DNA of 64,000 nucleotides from contig JBDHAB010000001.1 of the NCBI GenBank assembly GCA_039588295.1, forward strand, positions 1 through 64,000, read 5' to 3'. Of this stretch, positions 9,790 to 20,053 are shown one piece after another. The notes beneath the pieces were generated by a model. It had not been told where the DNA came from. It saw only the letters and a list, made by a program, of their open reading frames with translations, and searched no databases. Positions within the stretch are counted from its first letter, which is position 1; every line of letters begins with the position of its first letter. The stretch comes from Gemmatimonadota bacterium (GTDB lineage: Bacteria > Gemmatimonadota > Gemmatimonadetes > Gemmatimonadales > GWC2-71-9). Made by a program: the position numbers and the translations under genes.

Positions 9790-10346
9790 CTTCGAACGAC
9801 AAGAGTGATCTGACCCCTGCGGAGCGGGCCGCATTCGCAGCCCTCCCAACGGAGCGTGAACCCAGCCGGGTGCTGGAGGAACGAACCGTCCACGAGTTGC
9901 GCCGACGCGGTCTTCTGTCGAAGGCCGGGCGACGCTCATCATGGGGGCGACTCCCGATGCTGGCGGCCGGACTCGCAGCGGCGTTGGCCTTGTTCGTCAG
10001 CGGAATCACCGTCGGTCAGTGGCTCGGTTCACGCGCGGTCGCCGACTCGATGGCGGCGGCACAGCAAGAGAACGCACTCGAGCTGGCAGCGGCAGTACAG
10101 CGAGCGGGTTCGGCGTACGTCACCACCCTCACCGCTCTGGCTCAGCTCACAGATTCTTCGGGCAACGGCGCCCTGGCGCAGGGGCGTGAGGCTGCGCTGA
10201 CCGCGCTGTACGCGGCCGCACGGGAGCTTGTGCTCCTGGCCCCGGATGATCCCGTGGCAATCGCGATCCGGGACGGCCTCGATCGCCGGTGGAGTGCGGC
10301 AGCAACCGCTGGGCAGGCCGACGTACGAAACGTCGTCTGGTTCTAG
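9786..10346 (+). CDS. Putative membrane anti-sigma factor
   Basis: ATGA overlap with sigma stop; short cytoplasmic N-terminus, one TM helix, helical C-terminus. Confidence 0.6.
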   Translation: MTSNDKSDLTPAERAAFAALPTEREPSRVLEERTVHELRRRGLLSKAGRRSSWGRLPMLAAGLAAALALFVSGITVGQWLGSRAVADSMAAAQQENALELAAAVQRAGSAYVTTLTALAQLTDSSGNGALAQGREAALTALYAAARELVLLAPDDPVAIAIRDGLDRRWSAAATAGQADVRNVVWF

Positions 10347-10366
10347 ACGGCGTACAACGGAGGAAA

Positions 10367-11425
10367 ATGATGTCGATATCGAGATGCGCCGGATTCGCCG
10401 GCATGATTGCAGTTACCGCCGTTCTTACGAGCAGCGCCATCGCGCAGGACCGGATCGCACGAGAATGCCCGGTCGGGACACAAGGGGTGGGTTCCCTCGG
10501 GTTTTCGGAACTCGAGTGCAACTGCACGCTCCGATTCAGCGCCACGGATCCCGCACGCCGTCTCTATGAGTTTCGCGCTGAACCCCGGATCGGCGGCATC
10601 AAGAAAGGGCGCCCGGCGGATGGCAAGCTGCGTGACGGGGACGTCATCGCCGCCATCGATGGATATTTGATCACGACGAGGGAGGGTGGACGGCGGTTTG
10701 CCCAGCTCGAGCCTGGGACGCCCGTCACCGTAACCGTGCGGCGCGGTGGCCGGACGCTGGACGTGACCCTGACGCCCGACGTGGAATGCGAGCGCATCGA
10801 CCGTCCCGCACCGCCGGCACCACCGAAGGCACCAGCAGCGGCGGCCGCGCCAGCGCCGAAAGCCCCTGCCGAACTGGGACTCCCACGAGCGCTCCCTGCC
10901 CCACCGGCACCCATCGCCCTCCCCAAGGGGCGACTGGGCTTCAGCATCAGGTGTTCGGACTGCGTGATTCAGCGATCCAAGCCCACCGGCGCCGTCGTCT
11001 GGACGTTCCGGGAGCATCCGATTATCGAACGGATCGAACTGGGCAGTCCGGCGCACGAGGAGGGAATGCGGGGCGGGGACATCCTGACCCACATCAATGA
11101 TGTATCACTCACGACCGACGAAGGCGGCCGGCTGTTCGGGGCGGTCGAGCCCGGAGACACCGTCCACGTCCGCTACGTGCGGAATGACCAGGAAAGGCAC
11201 GCGGCGATCGTCGCTGGTGAGCGTCACGTCATCATCACACCGGCGCCGACCGCCGCCCCGCGACCGACCGAGGACGTCACGCGGTTCTCGGGCGTTCTCG
11301 GTGACGCGTTCATCCAAGTGACTGGGGGGCCGATCACCGTACGGCGCACCGAGGGAGAAGTGGTCATCCGGAGTCAGGACATCACGGTGCGGATCCGAAC
11401 GACGGAGCGGTCGGAGCCCAAGTAG
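10367..11425 (+). CDS. Exported protein with two PDZ domains and Pro/Ala linker
   Basis: Signal peptide; PADGKLRDGDVIAAIDG and SPAHEEGMRGGDILTHIND; GGAGG RBS. Confidence 0.75.
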   Translation: MMSISRCAGFAGMIAVTAVLTSSAIAQDRIARECPVGTQGVGSLGFSELECNCTLRFSATDPARRLYEFRAEPRIGGIKKGRPADGKLRDGDVIAAIDGYLITTREGGRRFAQLEPGTPVTVTVRRGGRTLDVTLTPDVECERIDRPAPPAPPKAPAAAAAPAPKAPAELGLPRALPAPPAPIALPKGRLGFSIRCSDCVIQRSKPTGAVVWTFREHPIIERIELGSPAHEEGMRGGDILTHINDVSLTTDEGGRLFGAVEPGDTVHVRYVRNDQERHAAIVAGERHVIITPAPTAAPRPTEDVTRFSGVLGDAFIQVTGGPITVRRTEGEVVIRSQDITVRIRTTERSEPK

Positions 11426-11439
11426 AGGACACCCGGACT

Positions 11440-11931
11440 TCAGAAAGCGAAGCCGAATCCTCCCCCGCCCCATGGCCCACCCTCGTCCGTGGTGAACACT
11501 GGTGTGAAGGCAAGCCGGAGGAAGAACCCGCGCGGTCGCGGCCGGAACTCGTACGCCAGGGACGCCGTGCCGTAGGCAACCGTCTCTTCCGTGGTCTCGA
11601 GCAGTGGAACGTCGACGATGCGGACCACCCCGGCCCCCACTGCCACGTGAATACCATGTTGCCGACCACCGAATCGCCAGTCCGCCATGGCATAGCCAAG
11701 CGCATACTCTAGATCGGTGAACGGGGTACCGCCGCCGCCGATCCGGACGCTGAGATCCTTCCACAAGGTTCGCTCGTAGCTCAACGACCAGATGATCCCG
11801 TTGCCAAGACCCTCGAGGTAGAGGCGGTCCTTGGATGCCTCCTCCTGCGCGCGTACCGCGCTCGGCGCCGAGAGTAATAGGGCGACAACACTCACCGTTC
11901 CAACAAGCCACGGGCGACGTCTGCGTTTCAT
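11440..11931 (-). CDS. Small outer-membrane beta-barrel-like protein
   Basis: Signal peptide, alternating strands, C-terminal GFGFAF. Confidence 0.6.
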   Translation of the reverse strand: MKRRRRPWLVGTVSVVALLLSAPSAVRAQEEASKDRLYLEGLGNGIIWSLSYERTLWKDLSVRIGGGGTPFTDLEYALGYAMADWRFGGRQHGIHVAVGAGVVRIVDVPLLETTEETVAYGTASLAYEFRPRPRGFFLRLAFTPVFTTDEGGPWGGGGFGFAF

Positions 11932-12090
11932 GGCTTCCAGCCTCACAGAAGAGTGTGGGTCCTGGTGGCGGGCACCAGGCTCAGAGCGGCCGCCATCAGA
12001 ATCCGACGCATGATTGGTCTCCTTGGAAGGTGGGACTGCAGCAGGCCAGTCCGCATGTACACCGCAAACTGGCCCGCCAGTTCCACCGCC

Positions 12091-12116
12091 AAAAGACCGG
12101 CCACGCGTGGCCGGTC
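12091..12116 (-). terminator. Intrinsic terminator
   Basis: Perfect palindrome GACCGGCCACGCGTGGCCGGTC (12095-12116) followed by TTTT on the minus strand, at the stop of the upstream gene. Confidence 0.65.
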
Positions 12117-12459
12117 ACGACCTCGCGGTCGCGCCCCCGATGACAGCGCCGACCAGGAGCGGAATCACGTTGAGGAAGGAAACCGCCCAACCTCCAAGAC
12201 CGGCGATCGCGCCCCACAGCTGCCCGATGATCGGAATCCAGCCCAGCAAGGACCCGACGACGAGCGTCACGAGAAACAACACGACACCGGGAAGGAACAC
12301 TGCCGCGACAGCGGGCCCAAGGCCGCCGGCCTTGCGGCCTCCGACGAACCCCGCAACGAGGCCGCCAACGAACGGGATCCAGGAAAGCGCGATCGAGAGG
12401 CCAATCATCCAACCCATCGCGCTGCCGATGCTTCCTCGTCGAGTAACTGCAGTCGTCAT
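12115..12459 (-). CDS. Gly-rich small membrane protein
   Basis: Several hydrophobic helices; IPFVGGLVAGFVGG repeat-like motif. Confidence 0.65.
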   Translation of the reverse strand: MTTAVTRRGSIGSAMGWMIGLSIALSWIPFVGGLVAGFVGGRKAGGLGPAVAAVFLPGVVLFLVTLVVGSLLGWIPIIGQLWGAIAGLGGWAVSFLNVIPLLVGAVIGGATARS

Positions 12460-12742
12460 GACAAACCTTCCAGAGGGGGACCGAGTAGCCCAGTTCCACA
12501 TGCCCTACGCGAGCTGGATCCGGCGCGTTTCAGCAGTTCCGTCGGTGGGCCATGTCAATACACCATCCCGACAGCACCATGCTGTTATCACGAGGGTACC
12601 ATGCGATCTGCCAGGGCTCTCATGACCTACCCCCGGTTGAAGCTGGCCCTCAGGACCGCCGGGGCATACCATTGCTCTGGGAGCGATGGTGGCGCACACT
12701 ATCGGCGCGTAGCCAATCCCAGTCAAAACCGGAGCGCACGGC

Positions 12743-13045
12743 ATGAAGATCCTCCAAGTGGTCCCGAAAGCCGACACTGACGAGCCACTGAAGAAGCTCC
12801 TCAAGGAGAAGGAACGCTCTCTTCGCGGAACGACCACCACGCTCGTCCGGGAGCGGGAAGGTCGCTGGCGCCACAAGAAGTATCCGGGCTGGATCACCTG
12901 GGACGAGACACGCGGCGGCATACTCGTCGCCGAGATCCGAAGCAAAGTCGAGGGAGCGGATTGGCAGCTGCTGCGGTCGTTCGTCGGGTATCTGGATCGT
13001 CACTTTGGCGACCAGATTGAGAGTATCACGATCACCTATCGCTGA
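12743..13045 (+). CDS. Hypothetical protein
   Basis: GGAG RBS; 100 aa, protein-like; same strand as next gene. Confidence 0.6.
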   Translation: MKILQVVPKADTDEPLKKLLKEKERSLRGTTTTLVREREGRWRHKKYPGWITWDETRGGILVAEIRSKVEGADWQLLRSFVGYLDRHFGDQIESITITYR

Positions 13046-13057
13046 CGGAGGCCCGTC

Positions 13058-13339
13058 ATGCCTTCGCTGCACCTCTACGCGGTCGACCGTGTCCACGACC
13101 CGGACGCTGTATTGGTCGATGACACGGGACGCGCGGTGACCCTGGCGCTCGACCGGTTGCCGCCCGGAATCGCAGTAGGCACCGTGCTCCGCGTTGCGGT
13201 CGACGAGGCCGGCACCGCTGAATGGGAATCAGCGGTGATCGACGAGGAGGAAACCGAGCGCCGCCGCAAGAAGTCGGCGGAACTCACCGAGCGCCTGCGG
13301 CACAGTGGCCCCCACGGGTTCATCGATCCCCAAGGGTGA
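13058..13339 (+). CDS. DUF3006-like protein
   Basis: AVDR..AVLVDD, LPPGI..GTVL, IDEEETERR pattern; GGAGG RBS. Confidence 0.6.
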   Translation: MPSLHLYAVDRVHDPDAVLVDDTGRAVTLALDRLPPGIAVGTVLRVAVDEAGTAEWESAVIDEEETERRRKKSAELTERLRHSGPHGFIDPQG

Positions 13340-13436
13340 GCCGCCGCAAGAAGCTGGATCCGCGAAGCCTGCGACAGCGGGCCGCCGATCCCGTGTGCCA
13401 CGCGAAGGGCGTTACCCCGAAACCCCAGCCTGCCAG

Positions 13437-16106
13437 CTACCGACTCAGCCAGTAGTTCAGCTTCACCAGGAACGTGTTCTGCTGGTCGTCGTCCCACAGG
13501 TTCCCTAACTCGTCGAACACCCGGAAGGTCGGGTCCGACGCGCTCGCGAATCGGTTATGGTTCCACACCAGGAAGAGGGTCGATCCCGGCATGTACTCCC
13601 AGCGGAGCACCAGATTGCTGCGCCACGACCGGACCCGGAAGTCGGGGTTTCCGAAGGCAATCGACGGTGCCGGGCCGGCGCCGTCAGGATCTGCGGTATA
13701 GACGTTGGTGGAGTCGTCCAACGATAGTGTCGAGCCATTATTCACACCGTAGCGTAAGAACTCGAACGTTCCGGGCGCTGCCAGCTCCTTGAATCCCACG
13801 TAGTCCCCCGTGGCAAGGAACGGCTGCGCCCAGAGTTGGATCGACAGATTCGGCGTGACCGCGAGATCCATACGGATCGTCAGGTCGACGCCATCCTGAA
13901 GCAGTTCACTGAAGAGGTACCGCCCGCCAAAGGTCGCTGTTGCCGCGGGGTCTTGGCGCTGCGTGACGTAGAAGCCCATCGAGTGTCGCTTGCTGTAGCT
14001 CGGTTGCAGGCTCAGGTTGAGTGCCCCTGTCGGGCGCAGGTTCACCTCAGTCTCGATGTCCACCCCCCAACCGCCGTAGCGATTGCGCGCATAGGATCCA
14101 AACACGGCGGCCGAGACGGGTTTGCGGAAGTTCGTTCCAACGAACCCGTTCATGGACCAGGATCGTGGGCTCTCCATCAGGGGTCCACCTCGGGTCGCCC
14201 TGTCGCTCTGGGCCGCGAAGTTGTAGTTGAAGCCGACGTCGAACTCCCAGTAGTTGAGGAAGGTCCCACCGAGGCCTGCGTAGGCGGCCCGGAACTGTGC
14301 AGTGCCTCCGAAATTGAACTCCTGCGCCCAGGTGGCCTGCACGCGAAAGCTCCGAAACAGTCGGCCGGGGCTGAGCCACCGTCGAGTCAGGCGCACACCG
14401 TGAAAGATCCGGTCGGACTCGCGTTCGAACCCCGCGTCGTTCACCTCGAACTCGGGTGAGTAGGCGTACAGATCGGTTCCGTATATCCAATTGCCTGAGA
14501 CCTTGCCCGCCTGCAAGGAACCTGCCCAGCCCGTCAGCGCGGTCTCCGCCGTATCGATAGAGACGTAGTCCTGGTCGGGCCGCTGGAAATACCGCGCGGA
14601 GGATCGTTGAGCGAGGGTAATCGCCGTCGGACTTCCTCGAACGTGTGATGAGGACAGAGAACCAGTGATCTGAAACCGATTGCCGGCAAATCGGTGGAAG
14701 AAGTCCAGCCCTGCCGAGTAGGCGGACGATCGCAGTGCATCGAACACCTGGTCGTCGAGATCGCGGTTCACCCCCGTTGCCACAACACCCAACCCCGTCG
14801 CCCCACCGCGGAAATCCTTGCGGACACTGAGAACAGCGTAGTTCGTGAGCGGCTCAACCGGCTCCGAGGCGCCTGAGCCGTCTTGCCGCTGCACGCGCGC
14901 TGTCTCCCGACCCGTCAGGGCTTCGAGCAAGCCTACCGACCAGCCCCCTGTCTGTCCCGAGAGTTTCGCCGCCCCCAGGATGCTGGTGGCCGTGGGGTTA
15001 TCCGCGTAGCCACCTGGTTCCTCTACCCACCGCGAGGGCGCCCGCCCGACGCGCCGCGAGTAGAACAGCTGCGGTGCTCCGAAGATGAACCCGCCACCGC
15101 CGGCCCCGAACTGAAAGATGTTGGCTCCCTCGACAAAGAACGGTCGTCGCTCGCCGAAGAACGTCTCGAAGGCCGAGAGATTCACCACTGCGGGGTCGGC
15201 CTCCACCTGACCAAAGTCGGGGTTGATCGTTGCATTGAGGGTGAGATTGCTCGTGACGCCATAGCGCAGGTCCAGACCTCCACTCACGTCCTGCACGCTA
15301 CCGTCGTCAAATGGATTCGCCGCTACAGCTCCCTGGGTGAAATCGCTCGTGGCGACAACGTAGGGCAGCAGCTCCAAGCGCCGCGGCGCTGGAATGTCGC
15401 GGAGCTCGACGAGGTGACCGAAGTGCGAGGCGAAACCCTGTTCCGTGTTCGGAACCCAGCTCCACCGTACGTACTCGTTCTTGCGGAAGATGAGCCGTGT
15501 GAAGTTGATACCCCACACATGCTCATCGCCGCCCGGGAACCGAAGCTGCGAGAATGGAATCCGAATCTCCGCCACCCACCCCAGTGAGTCGACACGAGTG
15601 GCGACATCCCACACAGGGTCCCAGGAATCGTCGCCATGCTCGTCGTCGTTCGTGGCGATCTCATCACTGCGGACTCCCGCTGGATTCACACCGAACCGGA
15701 ATGCCGTGCGATGATCATGGTACGAGTCGATGTCCACCCAGAACATGTCGCTCGACGTATAGCTATCTCGCCGGCCGAGCCGGCCGACAATCCTCGAAAC
15801 ATCGCTGTCCGACAGTCGCGCACCGATGTATAGAGCCTCGCGGGTGTACACGACCCGAACCACCGTCGGCTCGGTGGGCTCCGTTCCGTCGTCCGGAAGC
15901 ACCTGGGTGAACTCACGGGCTGCTGACGGCGTCATCCAGGTCGCATCGTCAAGGCGACCGTCGAGGACTGGGCCGCGCTCTGAGACGCCGGCGCTGAGAG
16001 TCGGCGGAACCCGACCATTGATGTGACCAAGGTTCTCGGCAATCGAATCCGGAGCAGTGCCCTGGGGAGCTAATTGAAAGAGAACAGCGAGAGTCAGGAT
16101 ATGCAT
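13437..16106 (-). CDS. DUF5916/CBM9-like domain outer-membrane protein
   Basis: LDGRLDD, AEIRIPFSQLRF, INPDFGQVEAD, NLSAFETFF.ERRPFF, LFYSRR; C-terminal barrel strand FLVKLNYW. Confidence 0.8.
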   Translation of the reverse strand: MHILTLAVLFQLAPQGTAPDSIAENLGHINGRVPPTLSAGVSERGPVLDGRLDDATWMTPSAAREFTQVLPDDGTEPTEPTVVRVVYTREALYIGARLSDSDVSRIVGRLGRRDSYTSSDMFWVDIDSYHDHRTAFRFGVNPAGVRSDEIATNDDEHGDDSWDPVWDVATRVDSLGWVAEIRIPFSQLRFPGGDEHVWGINFTRLIFRKNEYVRWSWVPNTEQGFASHFGHLVELRDIPAPRRLELLPYVVATSDFTQGAVAANPFDDGSVQDVSGGLDLRYGVTSNLTLNATINPDFGQVEADPAVVNLSAFETFFGERRPFFVEGANIFQFGAGGGGFIFGAPQLFYSRRVGRAPSRWVEEPGGYADNPTATSILGAAKLSGQTGGWSVGLLEALTGRETARVQRQDGSGASEPVEPLTNYAVLSVRKDFRGGATGLGVVATGVNRDLDDQVFDALRSSAYSAGLDFFHRFAGNRFQITGSLSSSHVRGSPTAITLAQRSSARYFQRPDQDYVSIDTAETALTGWAGSLQAGKVSGNWIYGTDLYAYSPEFEVNDAGFERESDRIFHGVRLTRRWLSPGRLFRSFRVQATWAQEFNFGGTAQFRAAYAGLGGTFLNYWEFDVGFNYNFAAQSDRATRGGPLMESPRSWSMNGFVGTNFRKPVSAAVFGSYARNRYGGWGVDIETEVNLRPTGALNLSLQPSYSKRHSMGFYVTQRQDPAATATFGGRYLFSELLQDGVDLTIRMDLAVTPNLSIQLWAQPFLATGDYVGFKELAAPGTFEFLRYGVNNGSTLSLDDSTNVYTADPDGAGPAPSIAFGNPDFRVRSWRSNLVLRWEYMPGSTLFLVWNHNRFASASDPTFRVFDELGNLWDDDQQNTFLVKLNYWLSR

Positions 16107-16137
16107 TGCTTGCTCCGGTGGTGCGGCGACTACCCGC

Positions 16138-16168
16138 TTAGACGTCCAATGCGTCCGGACGGTTGCAT
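16138..16168 (-). promoter_or_regulatory. Candidate ECF promoter of DUF5916 gene 1
   Basis: Minus strand ATGCAACC-N19-CTAA (with CGTCTAA) about 30 nt upstream of ATG 16106. Confidence 0.55.
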
Positions 16169-16320
16169 GTTGCAGCGCGACACGCTGGAATTCCTAGATT
16201 GGACCTCGGTGATACTTGCGCCCTGTCGGCAATCGTTGCTGCTCCCTACGCTTGGGCCTTCGGCGTTGTTTCCCTCCACCTCACGTGAGATCGGACCGCC
16301 TTGACGGTATACTTTGCCCG

Positions 16321-17541
16321 ATGGCCAACCCCGGTCCCCCACCCCGAATCCTGCAGGTCGACGCCGACGCGTTTTACGTGCAGGTGGCACGACTGACCGA
16401 TCCGGACGGGGCGGGGAAGGTCGACCTGTTGTTAGTCGGGGGGTCACCCCAAGGACGGGGCGTCGTGACGTCCGCGTCGTACGCTGCCCGCAAGTTCGGC
16501 GTCCGGTCGGGAATGCCGACGGCCACAGCCCTGCGCCTCTGCCCGGACGCGACGGTCGTGGGCGTCCCAAGAGGTGCATGCAGCGACAAGAGCCGTGCTA
16601 TCGTGCAGGTGCTCGAGCGCTTCACGCCGGTCGTCGAGCCGGCGTCGATCGACGAGATGTACCTGGATCTCACGGGCACCGAAGCGCTCTACCGCAACGA
16701 GTCGCTCGAAGACACGGCGGGGCGGATTCGGCGCACGGTCAAGGACGAAACAGCAATCGACGTCTCGATCGGTGGCGGGACGACACGGCTGGTCGCCAAG
16801 CTCGCCGCCAAGCGAGCCAAACCCCACCGGTCAGCCGCCACCGACGGTGTGGTCGTGGTACCCGCCGGGCAGGAGGCGACTTTTCTCACCCAGTTCGACC
16901 TCGCGGAGATTCCCGGGGTGGGGCCGCGGTTTCAGGATCGCCTGCGGCTGCATCATCTGGAGACCGTTCACGATGCGCTACGGCATGACAAACAGACGTT
17001 GCAGGGCTGGTTCGGTGCCCGGACCGGCGAGTGGCTGTATCGCCGCATCCGGGGAATCGACTCGACGCCCGTCGAGCACCGGGCGCGCGCGAAGTCGATC
17101 AGCCGCGACGAAACATTTGCCGAGGATATCGACGCGGACGAAGCGCTGACGCGTGAGCTGCGGCGCCTAGTGGATCGCGCTACGACAGATCTCCGCCGAC
17201 ACCGCTGGGCCGCCCGCACCGTCACCGTGCGGATTCGTGACTTCGACTTCCGCTCCAGACAGAAGAGTCTCACGCTCACCGAACCGGTCATCTCCGACCG
17301 AGCCGTCGCAACCGTGGCCAAGACCCTCCTCGCACGGCTCCGCGCCGCGCGCCGCGTCCCCGCACGGCTGTTGAGCGTTGCGTTGTCTGGGCTGGATCAC
17401 GAGGACTCCGTGGATCAGCTCACACTGTTCGAGTCCCCGCCGACCACGAAGGAGGAGAGTCCACGCGACCGGGCGCTAGCACGGGCGATCGATCAGGTGC
17501 GAGCGAAGTTCGGGCGCGATGCCGTTGGCCGCGGGGGCTGA
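16321..17541 (+). CDS. dinB: DNA polymerase IV (Y family)
   Basis: VDADAFY, SYAARKFGVRSGMP, SIDEMYLD, AKLAA, KSISRDETF. Confidence 0.9.
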   Translation: MANPGPPPRILQVDADAFYVQVARLTDPDGAGKVDLLLVGGSPQGRGVVTSASYAARKFGVRSGMPTATALRLCPDATVVGVPRGACSDKSRAIVQVLERFTPVVEPASIDEMYLDLTGTEALYRNESLEDTAGRIRRTVKDETAIDVSIGGGTTRLVAKLAAKRAKPHRSAATDGVVVVPAGQEATFLTQFDLAEIPGVGPRFQDRLRLHHLETVHDALRHDKQTLQGWFGARTGEWLYRRIRGIDSTPVEHRARAKSISRDETFAEDIDADEALTRELRRLVDRATTDLRRHRWAARTVTVRIRDFDFRSRQKSLTLTEPVISDRAVATVAKTLLARLRAARRVPARLLSVALSGLDHEDSVDQLTLFESPPTTKEESPRDRALARAIDQVRAKFGRDAVGRGG

Positions 17542-17557
17542 ACCGGAATCGTACCTC

Positions 17558-19906
17558 TCAGTTCCTACCTCGATCGAGCCAGCGTCTGAATTCCCGCAGC
17601 AACGGCTCGACCCGTTCGCGCAGTCGAGACGGAAGGTCGCGATAACGCTGAGCCGCGACGTAATAGGGTGAGCAGCTCTCTTTGGGCGCCGTGCCTCGCA
17701 GGAAGAGTTCGAGCTCCCCACGGCAACCGGGCCCGGCGCGAAGACCGGTTTCCGCGTTCACCTCGCCCAGTTCGAGAGCGTAAGGTCGAGAGAATTCCCC
17801 GTCGCCGTCACGACCGACGGCCTGCGACAAGAACCGCGCAAAGATCGGTAACGCGGCCCGTGCGCCGGGTATTCCGAGACTCTTTCCATCGTCGAACCCC
17901 ACCCAGACAGCCACCGAAAGCTCCGGTGTGTAGCCGATGAACCATGCATCGCGGAAATCGTTGGTCGTGCCCGACTTGGCGGCCACCGCACCACGGTAGC
18001 CGTAGGCTCGGAGCCCCCGCCCAGTGCCGCGTTCGACCGCGCCTCGCAGGGCGGACGTGACCAAGTAGGTCTCGTCGGATCGATAGACTTGCTCGCCTGC
18101 GCGTTCGTATCGGCTCAACACCTCGCCGGCGCGATCCAACACCCCGACCGTGGTGTGGGTCTCGGAACGGTACCCACCCGCCGCCAGCACCCCGAAGGCA
18201 CGTGCCATATCGAGCGGTGTGACCTCCGAGGCCCCCAACGCAATACTGGGTACGGCATGGAGCGGGCTCTTGATTCCGAGCTTCCGCGCCGTCTCCACGA
18301 TCTGTTCGGGTCCCACCGCCAAACCCAAGCGCGCGAACGGCACGTTGAGGGACCGCTCGAGCGCGTCGCGCAGCGTGACCTCCCCACGAAACCGCCCGTC
18401 GTAATTCACCGGCTGCCACACCCCCGCCGGCGTCTCCACCGAGAGCGGCGCGTCTTCCAACACCGACGCCAGCGTAAAGGATCGCCCCGCGAGAGCCGCA
18501 AGAGCTACGATAGGCTTGAACGAACTTCCGGGCTGACGCCGCGCGTACGCGGCCCGATTGAACTGCGACCCCCCGTAGTCGCGGCCACCCACCATGGCCA
18601 GCACCCCACCACTGCTCGGGTCCACCGCCACCAGCGCTGCCTGCAGCGGCCGGTCCTCACGGACGAGCCGCGGATATTCGCGTTCCAGTCTGTGCAGTCC
18701 CCGCTCGACTGCCTCTTCCGCCGCACGCTGCATACCCAAGTCAAGGGTCGTGAACACCGCGAGCCCCTGCCGTAGGGCCTTCCCACCGTGGCGCGCCGCA
18801 ATCTGCTGCCGGACGAAATCCAAGAAGTAGCGCGCGCTACGGGTCCTCTGGGACTTCTTTCGCAGCCGAATCGGGGCGCTGCGCGCTTGGCGATGCTCGC
18901 GTTCCGAGATGACGCTCTGCTCCAGCATTACGTCGAGCACCACGTTGCGGCGGGTCTCCGCCGCCTCCGGATTGCGGAACGGCGCGTAGAGACTGGGACC
19001 GCGTATGATGCCGGCAAGGAGCGCGGCTTCGCCAAGGTCGAGTTGGGTTACATCCTTTCCAAAGAAGACCTGCGCGGCGCGACCCACGCCATGAATCGCC
19101 AGCGCTCCATCCTGCGCCAGGTAAACCTGGTTTACATAGGCCTCGAGGATCTCCTCCTTGCTGTGCCGAGCCTCGAGCGTCAGCGCCATCGCCAGCTCAC
19201 GTAGCTTGCGCAGCGGCGATCGACGTGCCGAAAGAAACAGGTTCTTCGCTAACTGTTGCGTCAGCGTACTCGCGCCTTGGACCACCCTGCCAGCACCAAC
19301 GTTCGCTTTTGTCGCGCCGACGATGCGACGTATATCCAGCCCGGGGTGGGTGAAGAACCGCTGATCCTCGATCGCGAGGATCGCCTCGATGAGTTCAGTC
19401 GGGATGTCACTGAGCCGCACGGGCACACGATCTTCCATTGCGTCACCGTGGACCGCCGCGATGAGTTCAGGCTCCAGCGGCGCGAACCGCAGCTGCCGTC
19501 CCTCGTCGTCGCGGACGCTGTACACCGTACCGCCGTATCCCACCCGCACGACCACCACACCACCCGGATCCAGTCGATCGTAGTGGCGAAACGCTCGGCG
19601 ACCGATGATCCAGGTACCGGATCCCAATCGATACTCACCGATCGCGACATTTCTACGGCGCGTGGCACGGTATCCCAGCCGCTCGAGATGGCTTTCCACC
19701 TCGGCACGATCGACCGTCATCCCGGGCTCGAGCACGATCGGGCCCGCGTAGAAGCGGGTCGGGGCCTGGAGTTGGCCGTCGTGCAGGCGGGCACGTACGA
19801 GTGCCTCGACGGTGATGCCGACCGTCCACAGCAGCGGAACACCGAGGACCACCGCAAGGATGAGCTTCTTGCGGGATTGTCTCCGTACCCAGGCGCGCAG
19901 GCGCAT
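17558..19906 (-). CDS. mrcB: Class A penicillin-binding protein, PBP1B-like
   Basis: N-terminal TM; EDQRF, GASTLTQQLAKN (GT51); SSFK, SLN, KSGT (transpeptidase). Confidence 0.85.
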   Translation of the reverse strand: MRLRAWVRRQSRKKLILAVVLGVPLLWTVGITVEALVRARLHDGQLQAPTRFYAGPIVLEPGMTVDRAEVESHLERLGYRATRRRNVAIGEYRLGSGTWIIGRRAFRHYDRLDPGGVVVVRVGYGGTVYSVRDDEGRQLRFAPLEPELIAAVHGDAMEDRVPVRLSDIPTELIEAILAIEDQRFFTHPGLDIRRIVGATKANVGAGRVVQGASTLTQQLAKNLFLSARRSPLRKLRELAMALTLEARHSKEEILEAYVNQVYLAQDGALAIHGVGRAAQVFFGKDVTQLDLGEAALLAGIIRGPSLYAPFRNPEAAETRRNVVLDVMLEQSVISEREHRQARSAPIRLRKKSQRTRSARYFLDFVRQQIAARHGGKALRQGLAVFTTLDLGMQRAAEEAVERGLHRLEREYPRLVREDRPLQAALVAVDPSSGGVLAMVGGRDYGGSQFNRAAYARRQPGSSFKPIVALAALAGRSFTLASVLEDAPLSVETPAGVWQPVNYDGRFRGEVTLRDALERSLNVPFARLGLAVGPEQIVETARKLGIKSPLHAVPSIALGASEVTPLDMARAFGVLAAGGYRSETHTTVGVLDRAGEVLSRYERAGEQVYRSDETYLVTSALRGAVERGTGRGLRAYGYRGAVAAKSGTTNDFRDAWFIGYTPELSVAVWVGFDDGKSLGIPGARAALPIFARFLSQAVGRDGDGEFSRPYALELGEVNAETGLRAGPGCRGELELFLRGTAPKESCSPYYVAAQRYRDLPSRLRERVEPLLREFRRWLDRGRN

Positions 19907-20009
19907 TGCTCACTCCCGTGCTGGGTACCTCTCTATACGGGACTCGATGCGCGAGAGTGTCAGATCGTTGCGGGGGGGGCATCTTCTGCCCCAAGCGGTT
20001 GGGGGCGGT

Positions 20010-20035
20010 CGAGTGCCCGCCGCGCCGGGCACTCG
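20010..20035. terminator. Hairpin downstream of S8 peptidase gene
   Basis: CGAGTGCCCG-CCGCGC-CGGGCACTCG 10-bp perfect stem; no clear U tract. Confidence 0.45.
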
Positions 20036-20053
20036 GCATCAGTGAATCGCCGG

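Noticed and set aside
10800..10920. Pro/Ala repeats (APPAPPKAP)
   Set aside because: Low-complexity protein linker, not a DNA repeat array
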